Source: an uncultured Chloroflexia bacterium (GTDB taxonomy: Bacteria; Chloroflexota; Limnocylindria; Limnocylindrales; CSP1-4). From it: a DNA stretch of 64,000 nucleotides. Position 1 is the stretch's first letter. Each line of letters begins with the position of its first letter. Positions 1 through 9,650 of this stretch are shown in pieces. The notes beneath the pieces are model-generated. The model made no database searches. It had not been told where the DNA came from and saw only the letters and a list, made by a program, of their open reading frames with translations. Where the stretch lies: contig CAVPPB010000002.1 in the NCBI GenBank assembly GCA_963707215.1, positions 415,491 to 479,490 on the forward strand, in the 5' to 3' direction. Both the position numbers and the translations under genes were made by a program.

Positions 1-327
1 GGCATCCGCAACAAGGTCGCCTACGCAGCCGCGAAGGGCGGCGTCAACAACCTCACCCGGGCGATGGCCATGGAGCTGGCACCCCACGGCATCCGGGTCA
101 ACACGTTGACCCCGACGCAGACCGGCAGTCCGGTCGGCATGGCCGACGAGGACTTCTCCGCCGAACGTGCCGGCGAGGCCAAGGGCATCCCGATCGGCCG
201 GTTCGGGCAGCCGGGGGACCAGGCCGCGGCCGCGCTCTTCCTCGCCTCGGACGAGGCCGGGTTCGTGACCGGCGCCGACCTGGTCTGCGACGGTGGCCTG
301 CTGGCGATCTTCCCGAAGTCGAACTAG
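1..327 (+). CDS. SDR-family oxidoreductase, 3' part (truncated by window edge)
   Basis: YAAAK (YxxxK) motif near the window start, ELAPHGIRVN, PIGRFGQP, FLASDEAGFVTG..L.CDGG. Confidence 0.9.
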   Translation, partial: GIRNKVAYAAAKGGVNNLTRAMAMELAPHGIRVNTLTPTQTGSPVGMADEDFSAERAGEAKGIPIGRFGQPGDQAAAALFLASDEAGFVTGADLVCDGGLLAIFPKSN

Positions 328-406
328 CCGGCGGCGCTCGGTCCTCCGGCCACGGCGCGGCACGCGCGACCGGTCGGGACCTGCCCCGGCCCGCCTCGGA
401 GACGCG

Positions 407-1132
407 TCATCCCCCCGAAGCGACTCCCATGTCGCGGAGGAGCCGCCCGTACCCGTCGATCGGGCGGTCGTAGCCGGCCCGGGCCAGGCAGGCCCGGACC
501 TGGGCCTGCACGTTGGTGACGACCGGGAGCCCCGTCTCGGTCTCGATCCGGTCGATCACCGAGGTCACGGGGAGGGATCCACAGGGCAGGTAGATGACGT
601 TGCCGTCCGGGTGGGCGGAGGCCAGGTCGATGGCCTGACGGGCGATGAGGTCCGGGTCCAGCTGGGCGATGTCCCGGTTCCGCTCGATGTCCAGGCTGTC
701 ATGGCCGACGACCGCGAGCCCCTCGTCCTGGAGCGTCGTGACCCTCCGCTCCGTCTGCTTGACCGGGTAGGGGCTGGCGATCAGGACCCGGGTGCCGTCG
801 ACCGCGTCGATCGCCTCCAGCTCGGCCTGCAGCGATGTCACGTACGGGCGCGATGTCCGAGCCCCGATCTCGGCGAGCAACCGCTCGTGGCCCGCCTTGC
901 CGTACAGCGTCACGACCGGGCTCCCGCCGACGTTGATGACGTCGACCCCCTCGTCGTCGAGCTGCTCGACCTTCTCCAGGATCTGGGCATGGGCCCGTTC
1001 GAGATCCTCGTCGCGCAGCCGTCGGACCCCGAGCGAGAAGACAGCCAGCCGGACATCGGGTGGCAGGATCTCGTGCCACCAGACGCCTTCCATCCACATG
1101 CTCGGCTCGATCCGTCCGATCCAGATCGTCAC
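407..1132 (-). CDS. Asp/Glu racemase-superfamily protein, arylmalonate decarboxylase / maleate isomerase-like
   Basis: C-terminal 241 aa of ORF 407-2338; GTG start at 1132 after GAAGGGAGG; motifs ASPY, YLPCGSL, IETETGLPVVTNVQAQ, GYGRLL. Confidence 0.8.
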   Translation of the reverse strand: MTIWIGRIEPSMWMEGVWWHEILPPDVRLAVFSLGVRRLRDEDLERAHAQILEKVEQLDDEGVDVINVGGSPVVTLYGKAGHERLLAEIGARTSRPYVTSLQAELEAIDAVDGTRVLIASPYPVKQTERRVTTLQDEGLAVVGHDSLDIERNRDIAQLDPDLIARQAIDLASAHPDGNVIYLPCGSLPVTSVIDRIETETGLPVVTNVQAQVRACLARAGYDRPIDGYGRLLRDMGVASGG

Positions 1133-1429
1133 GGTTCCTCCCTTCCGGGGAGCCTGCGCAGCCCCCGGGATCCGTTGCGTCGGCGATGCTCCATGCAGTA
1201 GGATACCAGCGCATACCGACGCCGACGGACGGGTCTCGGGCCCGCCTGACGCAGGGAGGATGAGCCGCCCAAGGGAGGGCGCTCCAGGTGCGGAGGAGGA
1301 CCAGCCATCCCGTGCGGACGACCCTCCGGATGGCCGGTGCACGACCCGGCGACCATGCGACCCGGACCGACGAGTGGCATCCGCTCGCAGCGTCTGCTGC
1401 CGCCCCCGGCGCCTCGCTGACGGCCGCCG

Positions 1430-2296
1430 ATGCCGCCGATCGATCCCAAGCTGATCGCGCTCGTGACGGCGATCTCGTTCGGGCTGAACCCGGTCACCCT
1501 GAAGCTGGGATTCGGGAAGGGCGGTCGACCCGACACGGCGATGATCCTGGGGCTCTTCATCGCCGTCCCGGCCTACCTCTTGATCCTGCCGCTGGCCGGC
1601 GGGCTCCAGTGGGAGCTGGTGACGGCGGCGGCGCTCTTCGGGTACATCCTGGGCGGCCTGTTCGGGACCGGGATCGGCCGGCGTTGGCTCTACATCGCGA
1701 TCGATCGGATCGGCGCCTCCCCGGCGACCGCCATCAAGAACTCGGCGCCGGTCATCACGACGATGCTGGCAGCCATCGTCTACGCCGAGCCGGTCACCCC
1801 GCTCCGCTGGGCGGCCGTCGGAGCGATCGTCCTCGGCGTGGTCCTGGTGACCTGGAAGCCCGGCTCCGGGGTCAAACGCTGGATCGACATCGGTGTGCTC
1901 GCTGCGATCGGCGCAGCGCTCTCGTACGGCGTCCGACCCCTGTTCCTCAAGTTCGGCCTCGAGGCTGCCGATCTGCCGGTCACGGCTGCCTTTGTCGGCG
2001 CGATCGCCGCGCTCGTATACGCGCTGTCGTTCGGCGACCGAACGGGCCTCCTGCATGCGCACCGTGAGCCCGCGTTCGGCCTGTTCGTCGCATCCGGGCT
2101 CCTGCAGGCACTCGGGTTCCTGGCGCTCAGTTTCGGCCTCTCGGGAGGTGAGGTGAGCGTCGTCTACCCGGTCACCGCCAGCGCACCGCTGTTCACGCTG
2201 GCGTTCACCGCGATCCTCCTGCGGGGAAAGGAGCAGCTGACCTGGCGGATCGTCCTCGGCGCCGTCGCCGTGGTGCTCGGGGTGATCGCGCTCTAG
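1430..2296 (+). CDS. EamA/DMT-family transporter
   Basis: 288 aa, about 10 hydrophobic helices in two repeats; VSVVYPV..SAPLFT signature. Confidence 0.85.
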   Translation: MPPIDPKLIALVTAISFGLNPVTLKLGFGKGGRPDTAMILGLFIAVPAYLLILPLAGGLQWELVTAAALFGYILGGLFGTGIGRRWLYIAIDRIGASPATAIKNSAPVITTMLAAIVYAEPVTPLRWAAVGAIVLGVVLVTWKPGSGVKRWIDIGVLAAIGAALSYGVRPLFLKFGLEAADLPVTAAFVGAIAALVYALSFGDRTGLLHAHREPAFGLFVASGLLQALGFLALSFGLSGGEVSVVYPVTASAPLFTLAFTAILLRGKEQLTWRIVLGAVAVVLGVIAL

Positions 2297-2363
2297 CTTC
2301 CGGTCGTCTACCCGGGCCGATCCGGAGACCGACCACAAGCCACACGAATCATGGGAGACGCGA

Positions 2364-3806
2364 ATGGCACAGGACCTACGGACATATCTCGATGCGCTTC
2401 TCGCTGCGGACCCAGATGGCGTCTACGTCGTCGAGGACGAGGTCGACCCGGAGTTCGAGGCGACCGCGATCGTCCACAAGATCCTCAACGACCCGGCCTA
2501 CCCCCGGTTCCCGGCCGTGCTCTTCAAGAACGTCAAGGGCTCGCCGGTCCCGCTGATGCTCAACCTCCACGGCACCTACGACCGGGTCGCCCTGAGCATC
2601 GGCGCCGACGTCCACGGGATGGTCGACGAGTACGCTCGCCGCGAAGGTAGCCCCATCCCGACGACGCTGGTCGAGAGCGACCAGGCGCCGGTCCACGAGG
2701 TCGTCTGGACCGGCGACCAGATCGACATCACCAAGTTCCCGTTCCTCGTCCACCAGGAGCTCGACGCGGGCAAGTACATCACCTCGGCCGCGACGATCTC
2801 CCGGGACCCCGACTCCGGCCGCCTCAACTCGGGCATCTTCCGGCACCAGATCCAGGGCCCCGGACAGGTCGGCTTCATGACCAACCCGGCCCACCACACC
2901 TCGTACATCCTCCGGGCGAACCGGGAGGCAGGCCAGCCGATGCAGGTCGCCCTGGTCATCGGCCACCACCCGGCGATGCTCATGTCGGCGGTCTCGAAGC
3001 TGCCGGGCATCGGCGGGGAGCTCGAGGTCATGGGCGGCCTCCTCGGCGAGTCGGTCGAGGTCGTCAAGGCCAAGACGGTCGACCTCGAGGTCCCGGCCCG
3101 CGCCGAGATCGTGATCGAGGGCATCGTCGACACCGACCCGGACAAGGTCCAGAACGAAGGACCCTTCGGTGAGTACCCGCTCTACTACACGCGCCTCGGC
3201 CCGATGCCGTGGGTGAAGGTCACCGCGGTCACCATGCGCCGCCAGCCGATCTACGTCGACGTCTTCAATGCCCATCGAGAGCACCTCGTCCTGGGCGCCC
3301 TGCCCCGCATGGGCTCGATCCTTCGCCGCGTCCGCGACGCGATGCCGACCGTCACCGCGGTCAACCTGCCGCTCATGGGCATCCGGAGCACCCTCTTCAT
3401 CGCCATGAAGAAGCGGGTCGAGGGTGAGCCCAAGATCGCGGCCAGCGCGGCCTTCGCGGTCGATCCGATCCTGAAGCACATCTTCATCGTCGACGACGAC
3501 ATCGACGTCTTCGACAGCGACCAGGTCATGTGGGCCTTCACGACCCGGTTCCAGGGCGACCGCGACCTGATCGTCATGCCCAACTTCCTTGGCGGCCACC
3601 TCAACCCGGTGACCTACGGCTGGCACCGGGAGGAGAAGGGCCCACAGGAGACGAAGATGATCCTGGACTGCACGAAGCCGGCCCCGCCGGTGACATTCCC
3701 GCCCGCCTGCCGGGTCCCCCCGGACGTCGTCGAGCGGGTCCGGCCGGGTCAGCTCCTGAAGCGCGCCACCACGACGGAGGCGCTCTTCAACGAGCCGATG
3801 GGCTGA
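2364..3806 (+). CDS. UbiD-family (prFMN-dependent) decarboxylase
   Basis: PAVLFKNVKG, DAGKYI, N.GIFR, EIVIEG, EGPFGEY, VDDDIDVF, TRFQ motifs; RBS GGGAG. Confidence 0.92.
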   Translation: MAQDLRTYLDALLAADPDGVYVVEDEVDPEFEATAIVHKILNDPAYPRFPAVLFKNVKGSPVPLMLNLHGTYDRVALSIGADVHGMVDEYARREGSPIPTTLVESDQAPVHEVVWTGDQIDITKFPFLVHQELDAGKYITSAATISRDPDSGRLNSGIFRHQIQGPGQVGFMTNPAHHTSYILRANREAGQPMQVALVIGHHPAMLMSAVSKLPGIGGELEVMGGLLGESVEVVKAKTVDLEVPARAEIVIEGIVDTDPDKVQNEGPFGEYPLYYTRLGPMPWVKVTAVTMRRQPIYVDVFNAHREHLVLGALPRMGSILRRVRDAMPTVTAVNLPLMGIRSTLFIAMKKRVEGEPKIAASAAFAVDPILKHIFIVDDDIDVFDSDQVMWAFTTRFQGDRDLIVMPNFLGGHLNPVTYGWHREEKGPQETKMILDCTKPAPPVTFPPACRVPPDVVERVRPGQLLKRATTTEALFNEPMG

Positions 3807-3824
3807 GCCCCGGCCCGACGAAGC

Positions 3825-3858
3825 AGGAAGGCCGCCGGGATGCCCCGGCGGCCTTCCT
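3825..3858. terminator. Hairpin between convergent genes (probable bidirectional terminator)
   Basis: AGGAAGGCCGCCGGG-atgc-CCCGGCGGCCTTCCT, perfect 15-bp stem. Confidence 0.7.
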
Positions 3859-3890
3859 CGTTCCGTCGTCGCCCGGCAGCGGACCCGGGA

Positions 3891-4574
3891 TCAGCCGGGC
3901 ATCGGTGGGGGAGCCGACCCCTGCCAGGTCTCGGCGTCGGGCCGAGGCTGGAGCCAGGCGACGTCCGTGTCATCGACGGCCACGACCCCGTCGATCCGCT
4001 CGGCCACGCGGCGAGCTGTCTCGGCAAGCGACTGGTGGGCGACCGTGCCGGCCAGCACGACGACCCCATCCTGGACCGCCACGACCCGCAGCCCGTCCAC
4101 GGCCCGCAGGCTCTCGCGGACGATGCCGGCGAGCTCGGCGTCATCGCGGGCGTAGGCCCGGACGATGTCGGCGCGGGTCACGATCCCGATGAGCCGCCCA
4201 TCCTCGACGACGGGCAGTCGGTTGATCCGCCCCTTCTCCATCCGGCTCGCCGCTTCGCCGAGCGGCCGATCCGGGGCGATGCTGACGACCGGCGAGGTCA
4301 TGGCCTCACCGGCGTTCCTCGCCCGGACCCGGTTGACCACCGCAGCGTCTTCGTGGGCGCTCAGGAAGGCGAGTGGTCGTCGGCGGCGCTCCGGCGAGCC
4401 GGCATCCTTGGTCAGGAAGTCCGCCTCCGAGACCACGCCGAGGAGCCGCCCGTCCGAGTCGATGACGGGGACGCCGCTTATGCGGTGCTCGACCAGGAGC
4501 CGTGCGACCTCCTTCAGGGATGTCTCGGGGCCCACCGTCAGGACCTGGCTCGTCATCGCGTCGCGGACGTACAT
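3891..4574 (-). CDS. CBS-pair + BON domain protein
   Basis: VRDAMT..V.TV, ISGVPV, GVVSEAD, INRLPVV, GIVTRAD, then BON-like V..GVVVLAGTV...IDGVVAV. Confidence 0.88.
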   Translation of the reverse strand: MYVRDAMTSQVLTVGPETSLKEVARLLVEHRISGVPVIDSDGRLLGVVSEADFLTKDAGSPERRRRPLAFLSAHEDAAVVNRVRARNAGEAMTSPVVSIAPDRPLGEAASRMEKGRINRLPVVEDGRLIGIVTRADIVRAYARDDAELAGIVRESLRAVDGLRVVAVQDGVVVLAGTVAHQSLAETARRVAERIDGVVAVDDTDVAWLQPRPDAETWQGSAPPPMPG

Positions 4575-4822
4575 CGCACACCTCTGATCCGTCGCAGCCA
4601 TCGTCGCCTGCGTCGCCTGCGTCTCGCGAGGGCCGTCCGGACCGGCCACCAGGCATCTGTCGAACGGCCATCGGGCCGAACGGCCCGGGGGCCGGTGGAC
4701 CGGTGGACCCGGGGCGTCGCTGCGCCGGCCGGCCGGGCTACCGTCCCGGCCCGTATACTACGGTGTACACCGTTTCCCGACGGGGGTGGGTCCGGAGGCG
4801 GTCGCCGGAACGAGGGACGTCG

Positions 4823-5059
4823 ATGACTGGCCCTGGCGATGACCGGACGGAGATCGAACGCTTCCAGGAGCTCTACCTCGCCGGCGTCATCGAGGGCGTG
4901 GCCCTGGTGGCGGCGGACGCCGAGGCCTGCCCGGCCTGCCTTGTCGTGAGCGACCGACTCTACCTTCCGACGCGGCTGCCACGGTTGCCGATCGAGGGCT
5001 GCGACCGTCTTGCTGGCTGCCGCTGCCGCTACGAGCCCTCGGTCACCGTCTACGAGTAG
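4823..5059 (+). CDS. Small Cys-rich hypothetical protein (78 aa)
   Basis: RBS GAGGG; CPAC...LPIEGC....CRC. Confidence 0.65.
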   Translation: MTGPGDDRTEIERFQELYLAGVIEGVALVAADAEACPACLVVSDRLYLPTRLPRLPIEGCDRLAGCRCRYEPSVTVYE

Positions 5060-5115
5060 GTGTCGGACGGATCCTCCGATCCAGGATCCGTCCCGGACGA
5101 TAGCCGGAGGGGATC

Positions 5116-6216
5116 ATGAGCAGTTTCGTCGTCATCGGTGGGGGTCTGCTCGGGGCCGCGACCGCGCATCGACTCAGTTCCGCAGGAGCGGACGTGACGA
5201 TCGTCGAGGCCGCTGAACCCGGATCCGGGACCTCGGGTCGGACCTTCGCCTGGCTCAATGCCCAGGAGAAGTCACCCGCTCACTACTTCGACCTGAACCG
5301 GGCCGGCATGCGGGCGTACGCGGCGATCCGCGACGAGCTGGGTGACGACAGCTGGTATCACCCGGGCGGCGACCTCGCCATCGGGGTCGGCCCGGCAGCG
5401 GCCGGCGCTGCCGATCGAGCGGCCCGACACGAAGCGCTGGGCTATGCGGTCAGGACCGTCGACCCGGGGGAGCTCGAGGATCTCGAGCCGAACATCCGGC
5501 TCGACACGGCGCTCGACCATGCGATCTTCCTGTACCCCGAGGAGGCCTGGGTCGAGGCCGACGTCCTGGCTCGCCGGCTCGTGGACGCCGCGGTCGGCCT
5601 GGGCGCACGTCTCCTCACGGGCGATGCGGTGGTGGCGTTCGACCGGTCGCCGCAGCGCATCGAGGGCGTCCGCCTACGGTCGGGCGCCCGGCTGACCGCC
5701 GACCAGGTCCTCCTGGCTGCCGGACCGGACTCGGAACGGATCGCCGCGCTGGCCGGGGTCCGGTTGCCGACGTCGCCGACCCCCGGACTCCTGGCCATCA
5801 CGACTCCCACGGCCGCGACCGTCGGTCGGGTCATCCACGCCGGTCAGCTGTCGCTTCGTCCGGAGCCCGGTGGTCGGATCATGCTGGCGTCACGGAGCAT
5901 CGACGGTCAGCTCGACAGGGAGGCGAGCACGGTGGCGCTGGACGGTCCGGAATGCTCGGCCCTGCTCGATCTCGCCCGTCGGCTGCTGCCCGGTCTTGCC
6001 GACACGCGGATCGGCGAGGTCCGCATCGGCCGGCGTTCCGTCGCCGAAGACGGCCTGCCGGTCGCCGGGCCCGCGCCCGATGTGGCCGGCCTCTACCTGC
6101 TCGTTTCGCACAGCGGGGTGACCCTGACCCCCCTGCTGGGGCGCCTGGTCGCCGGCGAGCTCCTCGACGGAGCGAACGAGCTCCTGGAGCCGTATCGACC
6201 CGACCGCTTCGCCTGA
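5116..6216 (+). CDS. FAD-dependent oxidoreductase (DAO / glycine oxidase family)
   Basis: VIGGGLLG dinucleotide motif, GTSGR, DGLPVAG, SHSGVTLTP, PYRPDRF. Confidence 0.88.
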   Translation: MSSFVVIGGGLLGAATAHRLSSAGADVTIVEAAEPGSGTSGRTFAWLNAQEKSPAHYFDLNRAGMRAYAAIRDELGDDSWYHPGGDLAIGVGPAAAGAADRAARHEALGYAVRTVDPGELEDLEPNIRLDTALDHAIFLYPEEAWVEADVLARRLVDAAVGLGARLLTGDAVVAFDRSPQRIEGVRLRSGARLTADQVLLAAGPDSERIAALAGVRLPTSPTPGLLAITTPTAATVGRVIHAGQLSLRPEPGGRIMLASRSIDGQLDREASTVALDGPECSALLDLARRLLPGLADTRIGEVRIGRRSVAEDGLPVAGPAPDVAGLYLLVSHSGVTLTPLLGRLVAGELLDGANELLEPYRPDRFA

Positions 6217-6265
6217 GTGGTCCATGCCCGAGCCGGAGGACCCGGTCGGGGGCGGCTACGCGCGG

Positions 6266-7339
6266 TCAGCCGGCCGGCTCGGTCCCGACGGGGATGGGAG
6301 CACCGATGGACGACGCTGGCGTGGCCGATGCCGCATCAGACCCGGGCGCGGTCGGTCGCCAGTGGGGTGCGCTCTCCGGGGGTCGGTAGCGGACCATGCG
6401 ACCGATCAGCCGTCGGATCCGGAGTCCCTCCAGCGGCCCCAGGGCGTAGAGCGGCATCGGGGTGAGCCAGACGGCGCTGCCGAGCGACACGGCGTCCGCG
6501 CCGGCCCAGAAGAACTCCCGGCAGTCGTCGAACGTCCGGATCCCGGCCGTCGCGATGATCGGCAGCCGGATGCCGGCGTCGCGTAGCTCCGCCACGACCC
6601 GCAGGCCGATCGGCTTGATGGCCCGGCCGGAGATGCTCCCGAAGCGATTGCGCATCCACGGCTCGCCGGTCTCCGGGTCGAGCCGGAGCCCCTTGACGGC
6701 GTTGATGGCCGTCACCGCAGCGACCCCGTTGCGCTCGGCGGCACGCGCCTGGGCGACGTAGTCCTCGTCAGGCGACAGCTTGAGGATGACCGGATGACGA
6801 CTCTGGGGAACGGCCCGGCGGAGGACGTCATCGAGGATCGTGTCGAAGGGGAAGTTCACGTTGTGGCACGAGACGTTGAACTCGACCGCGGCGATCTTGC
6901 CGGGCGCCACGCGTCGGTTGACGGTGTCGACGAGCTGCTCGAACTCGACCGCCGAGAAGCCACCGAGCGAGATGATCCGGTTGAGGTTCGAGGTCCTCGG
7001 GAAGTACTCGTCGAGGTAGGCCTCGATGCCGATGTTGCACCAGCCGAAGGCGTTCATCCAGCCGGCGTCGACCTTGCGGAGGGCCCGGCCGTACAAGCGC
7101 AGCATCGCCGGGAACTCGGTCAGCGACCAGTCCTCTCGAAGGCTGAAGTGTCCCTCGCGCGGCTCGGTCGTCAGGGTCCGCGTCGTCACCGCCCCGAAGC
7201 GCTCCAGGGGGACCCACTGGGCGATCGGGCTCATGCCGTACAGGATCAGCCGGCGCTTCGAGGCGCCGTAGCCGAGCAGGCTGGCCGACGTCAGCAGCCG
7301 GTTGCGAAGCCTGATCCCGTTGAGGTCGATCGTCGGCAT
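6266..7339 (-). CDS. Dihydroorotate dehydrogenase-like flavoprotein (class 1-like, divergent)
   Basis: L.GI.LRN, MNAFGWCN.G, EFNVSCHN, PVILKLSP, SGRAIKP, PIIATAGI, AGADAVSLG. Confidence 0.75.
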   Translation of the reverse strand: MPTIDLNGIRLRNRLLTSASLLGYGASKRRLILYGMSPIAQWVPLERFGAVTTRTLTTEPREGHFSLREDWSLTEFPAMLRLYGRALRKVDAGWMNAFGWCNIGIEAYLDEYFPRTSNLNRIISLGGFSAVEFEQLVDTVNRRVAPGKIAAVEFNVSCHNVNFPFDTILDDVLRRAVPQSRHPVILKLSPDEDYVAQARAAERNGVAAVTAINAVKGLRLDPETGEPWMRNRFGSISGRAIKPIGLRVVAELRDAGIRLPIIATAGIRTFDDCREFFWAGADAVSLGSAVWLTPMPLYALGPLEGLRIRRLIGRMVRYRPPESAPHWRPTAPGSDAASATPASSIGAPIPVGTEPAG

Positions 7340-7389
7340 GGGGGCCTATCGTGGCACGCGCCGAGGGTCCGCGTGGGGCCTCGCCGGGC

Positions 7390-7623
7390 TCAGCCGGCGC
7401 GCCAGTCGGAGGTGATCGATCTCGGCAGCGAGGAGCTCTCGCTGGGCGTCCCACACTCGCGAGCGTAGATCGCCCGCTTCTCGTCGATGATCCGGCGCAG
7501 CTCGCGGTAGCGCGGGGTCGGCGTCGCTCCAGCGCTCACCTTGATCCACAGTCCCTCGAACTCGGCCTGGAGGCCATCGATCTCGGTTCGGAGTGCCTCG
7601 CAGTCGGTCGTTTCGCCAGCCAT
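7390..7623 (-). CDS. Small hypothetical protein (77 aa, coiled-coil-like)
   Basis: ATG at 7623 preceded by GAGGAAGAG; typical codon usage. Confidence 0.6.
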   Translation of the reverse strand: MAGETTDCEALRTEIDGLQAEFEGLWIKVSAGATPTPRYRELRRIIDEKRAIYARECGTPSESSSLPRSITSDWRAG

Positions 7624-7723
7624 GCTCTTCCTCTGTCTCCCGGTCCTGCCCCAGGGCGGCCCAGCTTGGGATGCGATTGTATACTGCCGGAGGCCCGGCC
7701 AGCGACCGCCCAAGGAGGTGCCG

Positions 7724-8065
7724 ATGAGCGAACGATCCTCGTCCCACGGGCTGGCCACGGGCCTGCCCGTGATCTCCCTGGTCGAATGGCATGCGCCCGC
7801 CATGAACCCCGAGGCCGCCCGACGGCTGGCAGCCGACACGACCGAGGCGTTCGAGCGGATCCCCGGGATCATCGAGATCCGCTTCTTCGGAGACTTCGAG
7901 AGCGGGACCCACTACTACCTCCAGGTCTGGGAGAGTCGCGAAGCCCTCGACGCGTACATGTCCAGCGAGTCCATGTTCCGGATCCGCGAGATCGCCCAGC
8001 CGTTCCTCACCGACCGCCCGTCACGGCGGTTGTTCGACGACTACTCGGTCAGGCCACGGTCCTGA
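7724..8065 (+). CDS. ABM / dimeric alpha-beta barrel protein
   Basis: RBS AAGGAGG; IPG..., LQVWESREALDAY motif. Confidence 0.7.
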   Translation: MSERSSSHGLATGLPVISLVEWHAPAMNPEAARRLAADTTEAFERIPGIIEIRFFGDFESGTHYYLQVWESREALDAYMSSESMFRIREIAQPFLTDRPSRRLFDDYSVRPRS

Positions 8066-8105
8066 ACCCGCCAGCGCCGGCGAGCCGGCACGGAGGATCA
8101 CCACG

Positions 8106-8987
8106 ATGAAGCTCGGCATCGGCCTGCCCACCTGGACCGGGAACCTGATCGAGCCCGATGCGCTCCTCGCCTGGGCCAGGGCCGCTGACGCGGTCGGGTT
8201 CCACGCGGTGGCGGTCCACGACAAGCCGAACCACGACACGTGGGATCCGCTGGCGACCCTGGCCGCCATCGCCCCCGTCACGGAGCGCGTCCGACTCGTC
8301 ACCGCCGCCCTGCTCCTGCCGCCCCGTGATGAGGCGCTCGTGGCCAAGCAGGCGGCCGTGATCGACCGGCTGTCGGGCGGGAGGGTCGACCTGGGGGTCG
8401 CCGTGGGCGGGCGGGCCGACGACTTCGAGCTCCTGGGTCGGACCATGGCCGGGCGCGGTGACCGCTTCGCCTCCCAGCTCGAGCGGCTCCACGAGCTCTG
8501 GGCGGCAGCGCAGGCGACCGCCGAGTCAGGTGCGGCCATGGGTCCGGCGCCGGCCCAACAGCCCCATCCTCGCCTCTGGGTGGGGGGCTACGTCCCCGCG
8601 GCGATCGAGCGAGCCGTGCGCTTCGGCGACGGCTTCCTGTTCGGCGCCCCGGGCGTCGAGATGATGCGGGAGCGGATCCCGGTCATCCGGGAGGCTGCAG
8701 CCGCCGCCGGTCGCGAACCCCTCCCGGTCGCCGGCCTCGCCTACGTCCTCCCGTCGGAGGATCCGGCCGAGGTCGCCGAGGGCGAGCGCCTCCTCCTCCG
8801 CTACTACGGCTCGCTTCGGAAGCCGTTCCGCGAGATGGTCGCGACCGGATCCGGACGGCTCATCGCGGAAACGGCCCACGCCTACGAGGCCGCGGGCGTC
8901 GACGTGCTCCACCTGGTCCCGGTGATGACCTCCGTGAAGGCGGTCGAGCGTCTCGCGGACGAGGTGCTCCCCGAGTTCGAGCGATAG
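8106..8987 (+). CDS. LLM-class flavin-dependent oxidoreductase
   Basis: ADAVGFHAV, DPLATLAAIA..TERVRL, AKQAAVIDRLSGGRV.LG. Confidence 0.9.
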   Translation: MKLGIGLPTWTGNLIEPDALLAWARAADAVGFHAVAVHDKPNHDTWDPLATLAAIAPVTERVRLVTAALLLPPRDEALVAKQAAVIDRLSGGRVDLGVAVGGRADDFELLGRTMAGRGDRFASQLERLHELWAAAQATAESGAAMGPAPAQQPHPRLWVGGYVPAAIERAVRFGDGFLFGAPGVEMMRERIPVIREAAAAAGREPLPVAGLAYVLPSEDPAEVAEGERLLLRYYGSLRKPFREMVATGSGRLIAETAHAYEAAGVDVLHLVPVMTSVKAVERLADEVLPEFER

Positions 8988-9049
8988 GGAGCCCGGCGCT
9001 CGAATATCGTGGGCGCGCCGGAACCCGCAAGTCAGGAGAGGTCCGACCC

Positions 9050-9601
9050 GTGACGAATGCCGCAGCCACGACCGGGAGCGATGACGCCAGGGCGCAGCTG
9101 GGTCGCGACCTTCTCGACGCTGCGCTGCTGCGGGGCGATTTCGTCCTGAGCTCCGGGGCCAGGAGCGATTACTACCTCGACAAGTACCGTTTCGAGACCC
9201 GACCCGAGGTCCTGCGACGCATCGCCAAGGGATTGGCCGACCTCGTGCCCCGGGACATCGACCGCATCGCCGGTACCGAGCTCGGGGCGGTCGCCCTGGC
9301 CACCGCGCTCGCTCTCGCATGCGACCTGCCGTTCGTCATCGTCCGCAAGGCCGCCAAGCCGTACAGCACGGAGCGGATGATCGAAGGGGAGCTGGCGGCC
9401 GGTGATCGGGTCGTCCTCGTCGAGGACGTCGTGACATCCGGGGCCCAGGCGATCAAGGCCGCCCGGCACCTCCTGGAGGCCGGGGCCGAGGTCGCTCGGA
9501 TCGTCGCCGTCGTCGACCGCGAGGAGGGAGGCCAGGCGGCGATGGTCGAGGCCGGGTTCGAGCTCACCTCGCTCTTCACCCGGACCGAGCTCGGCATCTG
9601 A
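9050..9601 (+). CDS. pyrE: Orotate phosphoribosyltransferase
   Basis: GDFVLSSG..SDYYLDK, VRK, VVLVEDVVTSG PRPP motif, VVDREEG. Confidence 0.93.
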   Translation: MTNAAATTGSDDARAQLGRDLLDAALLRGDFVLSSGARSDYYLDKYRFETRPEVLRRIAKGLADLVPRDIDRIAGTELGAVALATALALACDLPFVIVRKAAKPYSTERMIEGELAAGDRVVLVEDVVTSGAQAIKAARHLLEAGAEVARIVAVVDREEGGQAAMVEAGFELTSLFTRTELGI

Positions 9602-9650
9602 TCGCCGGCGGGTCTACCGACGCGTGCCGGTAGCGGGGTGACCCGACGCC

